From Phycisphaerae bacterium (lineage in GTDB: Bacteria; Planctomycetota; Phycisphaerae; SM23-33): a stretch of 64,000 bases of DNA. The notes beneath the pieces were generated by a model, which ran no database searches, was not told the origin of the DNA, and saw only the letters and a program-made list of their open reading frames with translations. The DNA lies in the NCBI GenBank assembly GCA_009783465.1, contig WRDM01000007.1:8447-72446 (forward strand), read 5' to 3'. Shown one piece after another: positions 35,146 to 42,747 of the stretch (position 1 is its first letter; each line of letters starts with the position of its first letter). The position numbers were made by a program, and so were the translations under genes.

Positions 35146-36120
35146 TTAGGACAGACGACGGCGGACGTAGCCGCCCAGACCGGCCAGGCCCAGACCGAGC
35201 GCGACCATCGTGATCGGTTCGGGAATGACCTTGTAGGTGCCGCGAAGCGGATCTTCGTCAAGGACGGTCCAGTCACCAACACTGGGGATCGTCGGGCCGC
35301 CACCGTTGACGGTGGTGGTGCCCTGCAGGGTCATGTCGAAGTAATCATCCGTAACGAAGTTTTCGTACCACTCGCCGCCCGTCAGGAAAATACGGGTGGC
35401 ATACGTGCCGCTGCCGGAACCGAGGTTATTCGGCTTGAAATACGACATGAACTCGGCATCTTCGGCCGAAACGAATTCATTCGTATAGGGTTCCGCCGCT
35501 TCACCGTAGACGCTCCTGCCGCTGAGCATCAGGGTGCCGCCCGTGATGCCATTGTACTCATCGAACCCGGTGCGGCCAGCCGAACCTTGCTGGAAGCCGC
35601 CGGCACCAACGAACGTGCCCTTCTCGTTCAGGTAGATGTCATACATCACGTTCTGGGACTGAATCGTGTAGTCGCCGGTGTTGGGGTCGAACGCGACCGC
35701 ATTATCGATCAGGCCGTAGAAAATGCCCGTCAACTCCGCGCCGCCCTGACCGTCCACCCACAGGGCTTCGCCGTACAGCGCCGAATTGGAGTCGTCAATG
35801 TAGATGCCCGTGATACGGAAGATACCCCATCCGTCTTCACGAAGCGCCTCATTGTAGTCCGCGCTATTGCTCGCATTGCCAAGCGTATCGTAATAGATAC
35901 CGGTCGCACTGTTGTACAGGATGCTGTCCAAGCTGTTCACGGCGTCGATGCCGATCACGGGCGAAGTGGGCTGATCAAGATAAATCGTACCCATGTCGCC
36001 GCTGGTCAGCTTGAACTTCACCGGACCAGTGTACCCACCAAGATCGATCGACAGCGCGCTCGACGAGAGCGCAAACATCGCCGCCAATCCAACTGCCAAA
36101 CATAACTTTGCAGATTTCAT
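35146..36120 (-). CDS. PEP-CTERM sorting-domain protein
   Basis: AAGGAG precedes ATG 36120. The signal peptide is MKSAKLCLAVGLAAMFALSSSA and the C-terminus is VIPEPITMVALGLGLAGLGGYVRRRLS. Confidence 0.8.
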   Translation of the reverse strand: MKSAKLCLAVGLAAMFALSSSALSIDLGGYTGPVKFKLTSGDMGTIYLDQPTSPVIGIDAVNSLDSILYNSATGIYYDTLGNASNSADYNEALREDGWGIFRITGIYIDDSNSALYGEALWVDGQGGAELTGIFYGLIDNAVAFDPNTGDYTIQSQNVMYDIYLNEKGTFVGAGGFQQGSAGRTGFDEYNGITGGTLMLSGRSVYGEAAEPYTNEFVSAEDAEFMSYFKPNNLGSGSGTYATRIFLTGGEWYENFVTDDYFDMTLQGTTTVNGGGPTIPSVGDWTVLDEDPLRGTYKVIPEPITMVALGLGLAGLGGYVRRRLS

Positions 36121-36469
36121 TGCATCTCCTTTTTGATCACAACACCATGCCATGATCAACCTTCCATTTGGCCGCCTTACCCTCAAATTCCTGAAGAAAA
36201 CGCCAGAGGCTGCCCGACCGACGCTTCCTTAACTACATGTCACTTCTCTCAGGCTCCCGAGCCTCTTCTGCAGTCTCCCGACCCTCCTTTCAACTCGTCT
36301 CCGGAAAACATCGTGGTGTATTCGATTATTAGCCTATTATCGCACCCGTCAGGAACGACCTGACGAAACAACGCGTGAGTGAGTAACACATCGGTCGTAT
36401 TGTACCACCCAAGGCAATTTCTGGCAAGACCGAAAACAAACGAAATTACGCGATTTCCGCGAACCCGGC

Positions 36470-37126
36470 TCACCGAGCCATCTGATCGTTAAACTTCGCC
36501 ACCGTCGAGACCAGAATCCGAAACTCCAGACTCCACCGACGACGATCGATGTACTCCAGGTCGGACGCCAGTTTCCCGCGGAACGCGTCAATGCTGCTGT
36601 CGTACCCGTTGCGAATCTGGGCCAGGCCCGTGATGCCGGGCTTGACGGCCAGCCGACCGCGAACGTTCGGATACGCCTTCTCCAACTCTTCGAGAATCTC
36701 AAGCCGCTCGGGCCTGGGACCGACCAGGGACATCTCGCCCTTGATCACGTTAACCAACTGCGGGAGTTCGTCGACGTGCGAGCGACGCATCCACTTGCAG
36801 CCGCGAATGACGCGGGGATCGTCCTTGGACGCCCACACCGCACCGGCCTGCTCGGCGTTCATGTGCATCGAACGGAGCTTGTACATCGTGAACAACTTGC
36901 CGTCCTTCCCGACCCGAACCTGCTTGAACAGCACAGGCCCGGCGGGGCTTCTGAGCTTAATAATGGCCGCACACGCCAACATCAGAGGCAGCGAAATCAC
37001 CAGCAAAACCACGGCACAGAAAATATCGAAGACTTCCTTGGCCACATCAAAATAACGTCGCGCGAGATGAAGGATCAGCCCCATCATCCCGCTCCCCACT
37101 CCAATCAATGTCAATGGCTCCGGCAT
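36470..37126 (-). CDS. polyprenyl-phosphate sugar phosphotransferase (bacterial sugar transferase, small WbaP/EpsL type)
   Basis: It has the family blocks PVLFKQVRVGKDGKLFTMYKLRSM, DELPQL.NV.KGEMSLVGPRP and KPGITGLAQ. Confidence 0.85.
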   Translation of the reverse strand: MPEPLTLIGVGSGMMGLILHLARRYFDVAKEVFDIFCAVVLLVISLPLMLACAAIIKLRSPAGPVLFKQVRVGKDGKLFTMYKLRSMHMNAEQAGAVWASKDDPRVIRGCKWMRRSHVDELPQLVNVIKGEMSLVGPRPERLEILEELEKAYPNVRGRLAVKPGITGLAQIRNGYDSSIDAFRGKLASDLEYIDRRRWSLEFRILVSTVAKFNDQMAR

Positions 37127-37554
37127 CGTAGCTTACACTCCTTCGTTCACTCGGGCCTGCCCGTCCGCGATGTTCCGCAGTCGGCCACGCATTAGCCCTG
37201 TCCCTCCGCCTCGCCCTCACGAGGCAGGCGCATCCTATAACACGATGAATGAAAAACCGCAAATCCTCGCACAAACCAGATGTCAACGTCCTCGCATTCG
37301 GTCCTGCGTACCCGAGGCAGCGATCCGTAGCCCTCAAACTAAACTCCTCGGGCCTCCATTCATACATATATACTACTAAACTAACCACGGTTCGGACATT
37401 TGACAAGAGGAAAATCGGAAAACTCGTCAAAAAAAGAAATTTGAGATTCCGTTAAAACTCCCATTATCGGCCGCCGAACCCGGTCAACATAAAATATAAC
37501 TAACCCACGTTCGAAAAACCTATGATTCGCAAAAATTTTGGTCCGCCCGGTCCT

Positions 37555-38610
37555 TCACAGCAGGCGGTAAAATCCGTCGCGCTGGCGAGGCCTGTAGCCC
37601 GCCCCGCGGATCAACGCTTCCATCTCGTCGCGCGTGATCCGAAACCGCGTGCCCGTCGTCGCCACCACGTTCTCTTCCATCATCAAGCCGCCCATGTCGT
37701 TGGCGCCGTACCGCAGCGCCACCTGGGCGACACGGGGGCCTTGCGTCACCCATGATACTTGCACATTGGAAAAATTGTTCAAATATAATCGGGAAGTCGC
37801 CAGCATTTTTACGTACGGCACCCCGCCGAGAATCTCGCAATCCGCCTGCCCCTGGCGAGACAACGGCGTGTGGCCGCTCTGGAATGTCCAGCAAATAAAG
37901 GCCGTGAAATGCCCCCGCCCGCGCGACAACGATTCGTCCTGAAGCCGCCGAACCCGCCGCAAATGCGCCAGCCGATCCGCCGGACGGTCCACGTGGCCGA
38001 ACATCATCGTCGCCGTCGTCATCAACCCCAACGCGTGAGCGCAACGCATCACCGTCAGCCACTGCGACGACGTGCACTTGAGCGGACTCACCCGCGACCG
38101 CACGCGGTCAGCCAACACCTCCGCCCCGCCGCCAGGCAGCGAACTCAGCCCCGCCTCCATCAGCCGGGCCAACACCGCCTCGACGCTCAAGCCAAACCGC
38201 TCGTGAAAAAACCAGATCTCCGCCGGACCGAACGCGTGCAACTGCACCGCCGGATACGCCCGCCGAACCGCCCGCAGCAGGTCGAGATAGTACGAAAATG
38301 CCAGGGCTTCGTGCATTCCGCCCTGCAACAGCACCTGCGTCCCGCCGACGGCCACCAACTCCCGCACCTTCTCCAACAATTCATCGCGCCCTAGCACGTA
38401 CGCGCGGGGATCGTCCGCCTCCACGGCGAACGCACAGAATTTACACCGCGTGCGACAGACGTTGGTGTAATTGATGTTGCGGTCGACCACAAACGTCCGC
38501 CAAGGCTCCGGATGGATCGCCACAGACGCCGCATTCGCCGCCGCCCCCAACTCGTGCAGCGAAGCGTGCTCGTACAGTTCCATCGCCGTCTTGTCGTCCA
38601 GCCGATCCAC
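37555..38610 (-). CDS. futalosine-pathway radical SAM enzyme, MqnC/MqnE family (MqnC-like by length)
   Basis: It has NINYTNVCRTRCKFCAF (CxxxCxxC), LLQGG, TATMMFGHV and GANDMGG. I cannot separate MqnC from MqnE by eye. Confidence 0.8.
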   Translation of the reverse strand: MDRLDDKTAMELYEHASLHELGAAANAASVAIHPEPWRTFVVDRNINYTNVCRTRCKFCAFAVEADDPRAYVLGRDELLEKVRELVAVGGTQVLLQGGMHEALAFSYYLDLLRAVRRAYPAVQLHAFGPAEIWFFHERFGLSVEAVLARLMEAGLSSLPGGGAEVLADRVRSRVSPLKCTSSQWLTVMRCAHALGLMTTATMMFGHVDRPADRLAHLRRVRRLQDESLSRGRGHFTAFICWTFQSGHTPLSRQGQADCEILGGVPYVKMLATSRLYLNNFSNVQVSWVTQGPRVAQVALRYGANDMGGLMMEENVVATTGTRFRITRDEMEALIRGAGYRPRQRDGFYRLL

Positions 38611-38651
38611 GGCGGCATTCTAGGCGGCGGGTTGTGGGCGAAAAACGTTTC

Positions 38652-38890
38652 GCGACGGCTTGCCGGTTTGCGCTGTAGAACGTTGTGGACGGCGAAACGC
38701 TGTTTATCCGATTTCGTTAAGACCGAGCAGGATTACGCGGATTAAGGGATTTAGAGGTGGGTTTCCGTATGGACAAATCAAAATCCTTAAATCCTTTAAT
38801 CCGTGTAATCCCGCTCGGTCTTAACGAAGTCGTATAATGCAACGCGTGTCGACCACAACGTCTTACATCGCAAACCGGCAAGCCATATCC
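38652..38890. repeat. H-family hairpin with a K-family hairpin nested in its loop
   Basis: The outer arms are GCGACGGCTTGCCGGTTTGCGCTGTAGAACGTTGTGG ... CCACAACGTCTTACATCGCAAACCGGCAAGCC. The inner element is GACCGAGCAGGATTACGCGGATTAAGGGATTT...AAATCCTTTAATCCGTGTAATCCCGCTCGGTC. Confidence 0.9.
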
Positions 38891-38893
38891 GCG

Positions 38894-39274
38894 TCAACCG
38901 TATCCGAACTCCGCCAGGTCGTCTTCGTCCATGCCGAAGTGATGGCCAATCTCGTGGAGGACGGTAAGAAACACTTCTTCAACGACGTCCTCGTGGGTGT
39001 CGCAGATGGCTTCGATGTTCCGCTGGAAAATGTAAATCCGTTCGGGCCAATCCACCGGCGAGGAGACGCTTTTGTCCGGCAGCGCCGTGCCCACGTACAG
39101 CCCGAGCAGATCGTGCGTGGACCCCTCGACGAAATTGGCCCGCATAAACTCCCGCGTCGGGCGAGGCTGAATCTCCACGGAGATATTTTCCATGTACGGA
39201 TCAAACTCCGCCGGCAAGCCGTCCAACGCCTGCTCCACCAGATCGGCAAACTCATTTTCGGTCAATCGAATCAT
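38894..39274 (-). CDS. zinc metallopeptidase-like protein (zincin, DUF1025-type)
   Basis: HEIGHHFG provides HExxH near the C-terminus, and the size is ~126 aa. The start is set at ATG 39274; the GTG at 39289 is possible. Confidence 0.7.
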   Translation of the reverse strand: MIRLTENEFADLVEQALDGLPAEFDPYMENISVEIQPRPTREFMRANFVEGSTHDLLGLYVGTALPDKSVSSPVDWPERIYIFQRNIEAICDTHEDVVEEVFLTVLHEIGHHFGMDEDDLAEFGYG

Positions 39275-39374
39275 GCGGGAAGTATACACGACAATGAAGT
39301 CGGCGGGATGAAAATGTGGCTGTAGTGGGGAGATGTGGGGGGCACGTCACGTGTGCAGGTGGAAAACAGCAGAT

Positions 39375-39472
39375 TGCCCTCCCCGCCCTCGCGCGAAAGT
39401 CGTCGGCACACAGCCGCGAAGCGGCGTCGTTTTTAGCCCATGGTGAGCGGTACTCCGCGAACCATGGGAACC
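39375..39472. repeat. solo U unit of the mosaic palindrome
   Basis: CCCTCCCCGCCCTCGCGCGAAAGTCGTCGGCACACAGCCGCGAAGCGGCGTCGTTTTTAGCCCATGGTGAGCGGTACTCCGCGAACCATGGG is a single arm only. Confidence 0.8.
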
Positions 39473-39527
39473 GATTGTGCTTTCTTGGACTCCCTCGGTG
39501 CGGGATGCATTATACAACCAACCGTTC

Positions 39528-39620
39528 GCGATGGCTTGCCGGTTTGCGCTGTAGGGCGTTGTGAAAAGCGAAATGTTCGCTTTTCACAACGCCCTACAGC
39601 GCAAACCGGCAAGCCACATC
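39528..39620. repeat. H-family hairpin
   Basis: GCGATGGCTTGCCGGTTTGCGCTGTAGGGCGTTGTGAAAAGCG...CGCTTTTCACAACGCCCTACAGCGCAAACCGGCAAGCCAC. Confidence 0.9.
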
Positions 39621-39705
39621 GACACCGTGGCGACTTCGCCAACCCCCGTATATACAAACAGGGCGGCCCCGAGGGGTCGCCCTGTTTGTGTTTATGTCAC
39701 GATCG

Positions 39706-40731
39706 TTACTTGATCATCGCCGCCATCATTTCGATGAGGTCGGCGGTGCGGTTGCTGTAGCCCCACTCGTTGTCGTACCACATGGTGACCTTCACCATGT
39801 CGCCGTCGATCACCTTGGTGTTGGTGGAATCGAAGATCGAGCTGGCCGGGTCGCCCACGATGTCCATGGAGACGATCGGGTCGGTGACGAATTCAATGAT
39901 GCCCTTCATCGCGCCCTCGGCCGCGACGCGGACGAGTTCGTTGACCTCTTCCACGCTGGTCTTGCGGGCGGCGGCGAAGGTCAGGTCGGTGATCGAGCCG
40001 GTCGGCGTCGGCACGCGGAGGGCGTAGCCGTCCATCTTGCCCTTGAGGGCGGGAAGCACTTCGCCAATGGCCTTGGCGGCGCCGGTGGAGGAGGGAACGA
40101 TGTTGATCGCGCCCGCGCGGCCTCGACGCTTGTCCTTGTAGGGCATATCCAGAATGGCCTGGTCGTTGGTGTAAGCGTGAATCGTGGTCATCAGACCCTT
40201 GACGATGCCGATTTTTTCGTGGAGCACCTTGCAGACCGGCGCGAGGCTGTTGGTGGTGCAGGAGGCGTTGGAAACGCTCGTGTGCTCGGGCTTGAGGTCG
40301 GCGTCGTTGACGCCCAGGACGATGGTGGCGTCGGGCTTGTCCTTGGCGGGGGCGCTGAGCAGCACGCGCTTGGCGCCGGCGACGAGGTGACTATCATAGC
40401 CGGCCTTGCCGTCGGCAGCGCGGCTGGTGAAGACGCCCGTGGACTCGACGACGACATCGACGTTCATCGCGCCCCACGGCAGCTTGGTGGGGTCCTTCTC
40501 GCGGAGGACGGGGATTTCCTTGCCGTTGACGACCAGCGCGCCCTGCTTGGCGACCACTTTGCCGGGGAACTTGCCCTGCGTCGAATCGTACTTGAGCATG
40601 TAACCGAGCATGTCGGCGTCGAACATGTCGTTGATGGCCACGATGTCGAATTTCTCGGGCTTGGCCGCCATCACGCGGAACACCAGCCGACCAATACGTC
40701 CGAAGCCGTTAATGCCAACCTTAATCGCCAT
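39706..40731 (-). CDS. gap: type I glyceraldehyde-3-phosphate dehydrogenase
   Basis: It has MAIKVGINGFGRIGR, the active site SNASCTTN and WYDNEWGYS. The start is moved to ATG 40731, which has an SD-like GGAAGGAAG upstream. Confidence 0.95.
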   Translation of the reverse strand: MAIKVGINGFGRIGRLVFRVMAAKPEKFDIVAINDMFDADMLGYMLKYDSTQGKFPGKVVAKQGALVVNGKEIPVLREKDPTKLPWGAMNVDVVVESTGVFTSRAADGKAGYDSHLVAGAKRVLLSAPAKDKPDATIVLGVNDADLKPEHTSVSNASCTTNSLAPVCKVLHEKIGIVKGLMTTIHAYTNDQAILDMPYKDKRRGRAGAINIVPSSTGAAKAIGEVLPALKGKMDGYALRVPTPTGSITDLTFAAARKTSVEEVNELVRVAAEGAMKGIIEFVTDPIVSMDIVGDPASSIFDSTNTKVIDGDMVKVTMWYDNEWGYSNRTADLIEMMAAMIK

Positions 40732-40896
40732 GAAATCTTCCTTTCCGCCCTCGCGGGGCGATTGCTTACTGACCCGTCCGCACGATGATGCGGCCGTCAC
40801 CTGTCTACACTCGCGGCCCAAACGCCACGAGAAAGCGTATAAGGGTATGCGCCGGCGGGGCGCATGTCAATAGCTTGAATGCTGAAAAAAAGGCGG

Positions 40897-41523
40897 TCAA
40901 CTCTTCTGGCGCGCGAATCGTTTTTCCAGCCAGGCCAGTACGCGTGTGCCGAGGCGATGGCACAGGAAGCCCGTGCCCGCGCCGCCGATCAGGCCCGCGA
41001 TGCCGCCAAGGATGGCGGCATGTCGCAGGCGGAGGGGCCAATCAAACGCGTGGGTCATCGCCACCATCGCCGCCGCGACCACCAAGGCGCCGAGGATGGC
41101 ACCGAGCTGCACGGACAGCCAGAGGAAAAACGTGGATTTTTTCCGCGTCGCAATGCCCGCCATCGCGGAACTGGATAGAACGCCTGCCATCATCAGCGCC
41201 GCCAGCAACCCCGCGGCAATCAAAGCCAGGAAGCTCCCGATCATCACGAGGATCAACACAAAAACCACGCAAAAAAACAGAACGATCAGCCAAAAGACAG
41301 GCCCGCCCGCCCCGCCGTAATCGTTGTCGGGATCGTCAGGATCGAACGTGTCAACATCGGCCGCTTCGGCGGGTAACGTCGTGGCGAACTCGGCAAGTTC
41401 CATCGGGGCGATGGCCGGGACGCTGGTGGGAACGTCGTCACCCGTCGCCGGCGCGGCCATGAGAATCGCCCACGCGAACAAGCTCAACGTGCCCATCGCG
41501 CCTATTCGATACAACGCGCTCAT
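40897..41523 (-). CDS. hypothetical membrane protein
   Basis: A signal/TM segment and an acidic linker are followed by 4 TM helices. Its start overlaps the stop of the upstream YhcG-like gene by 4 nt. Confidence 0.55.
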   Translation of the reverse strand: MSALYRIGAMGTLSLFAWAILMAAPATGDDVPTSVPAIAPMELAEFATTLPAEAADVDTFDPDDPDNDYGGAGGPVFWLIVLFFCVVFVLILVMIGSFLALIAAGLLAALMMAGVLSSSAMAGIATRKKSTFFLWLSVQLGAILGALVVAAAMVAMTHAFDWPLRLRHAAILGGIAGLIGGAGTGFLCHRLGTRVLAWLEKRFARQKS

Positions 41524-42740
41524 GGCTCTGAATCCCCGTTATGGCCATGTTTTGCCTCGAACTCCTCGACCCACTCAGCCAGTTTTTGCTGAAGCAACGC
41601 CTTGTCCGGCAAATACAGGCCGTATTCCGCCGCGTAGATGTTCGAATCTTTCGGCAACGTCATCTCGACGACGCTGTCGTTCTTCCGGCTGCACAGCAAA
41701 ATGCCGATCGTGGGTTTTTCGAATTCCTTCCAGACGTGGCGGTCGAAGTAGTTGACGTACATCATCATCTGCCCGAGGTCCTGATGCTTTACTTTCGCGA
41801 TCTTCAGGTCGATCAGCACGTAGCACTGGAGCAGCCGGTTGTAGAACACGAGGTCGACGTAGAACGACTCTTCATCAAACGAAAACCGCTTCTGTCGCGA
41901 TTCAAACAAAAACCCCTTGCCCAATTCGAGCAGAAATTTTTGCAGATTGTCTATAAGCGCCTGTTCCAACTCGGTTTCGCTGTACTCCGTCCGCTCGTCA
42001 AGCCCGGTAAATTCCAGCACATACGGCGATTTGAACAGATCGCGAATGTCCACCACCGTCTGCCCCTCGTTCGCGAGTGCCATCACCTTGTCCTTGTCCC
42101 GCGAAAGCGCCAACCGTTCGTAAAGCGAACTGCCGATTTGGCGTTGTAACTGCCGGAAGGTCCATTGCTGGCTGACGGCTTCGATTTCGTAAAACCGCCG
42201 GGCGGCGGCGTTCTCAACCCGCATCAAAATCTGGTAGTGCGACCAGCTTAGTTTGAATTGGACAGACACTGTCTGCCCTTTTCGTACGGGAGTACCTAAC
42301 ATTTCATTCCGCGAATCGCTTTTTGCAGAAATAGCAGACAGTGTCTGCTGTTTTCGTACGGGTGTACCTAACGTGCTGTCCGGTGAATCACTTACGACAG
42401 GAAAGCTAGACAGTGTCTGGCTAATTGACGGCGCATACACCTGGTAAAATTTTCGGATGCTTTGCAGGTTCACGACCGAAAAGCCTTTGCCATATAGTCC
42501 GGTCAGGTACCCGGACAACCCTTTGAGCAGGTTCGCACCGTACTTCGCCCGCTGCTGCCCCTGCTGCTCACGCTCAAAAATCATCCGCCCGATTTCGTAG
42601 TAGGTCGTGACGATGGTGTTGTCCAACTGCCGTTTGGCGTATTGGCGTGCCGCAGCCAGCAGGTTTGCAACCTGTTGGTAAAAATTCGTTTCGTCGCCTT
42701 TGGGGGCCAGGGGGAATTCGTTTTCGTTCATCGTGTCCAT
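41520..42740 (-). CDS. YhcG / DUF1016 PD-(D/E)XK nuclease family protein (second copy)
   Basis: It has YYEIGRMIFEREQQGQQRAKYG..LLKGLS..L...YGKGFSVVNLQSIRKFY and the nuclease core FYVDLVFYNRLLQCYVLIDLKIAKVKHQDLGQMMMY. It starts 7 nt after the mutS stop. Confidence 0.8.
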   Translation of the reverse strand: MDTMNENEFPLAPKGDETNFYQQVANLLAAARQYAKRQLDNTIVTTYYEIGRMIFEREQQGQQRAKYGANLLKGLSGYLTGLYGKGFSVVNLQSIRKFYQVYAPSISQTLSSFPVVSDSPDSTLGTPVRKQQTLSAISAKSDSRNEMLGTPVRKGQTVSVQFKLSWSHYQILMRVENAAARRFYEIEAVSQQWTFRQLQRQIGSSLYERLALSRDKDKVMALANEGQTVVDIRDLFKSPYVLEFTGLDERTEYSETELEQALIDNLQKFLLELGKGFLFESRQKRFSFDEESFYVDLVFYNRLLQCYVLIDLKIAKVKHQDLGQMMMYVNYFDRHVWKEFEKPTIGILLCSRKNDSVVEMTLPKDSNIYAAEYGLYLPDKALLQQKLAEWVEEFEAKHGHNGDSEP

Positions 42741-42747
42741 CCCGTTT

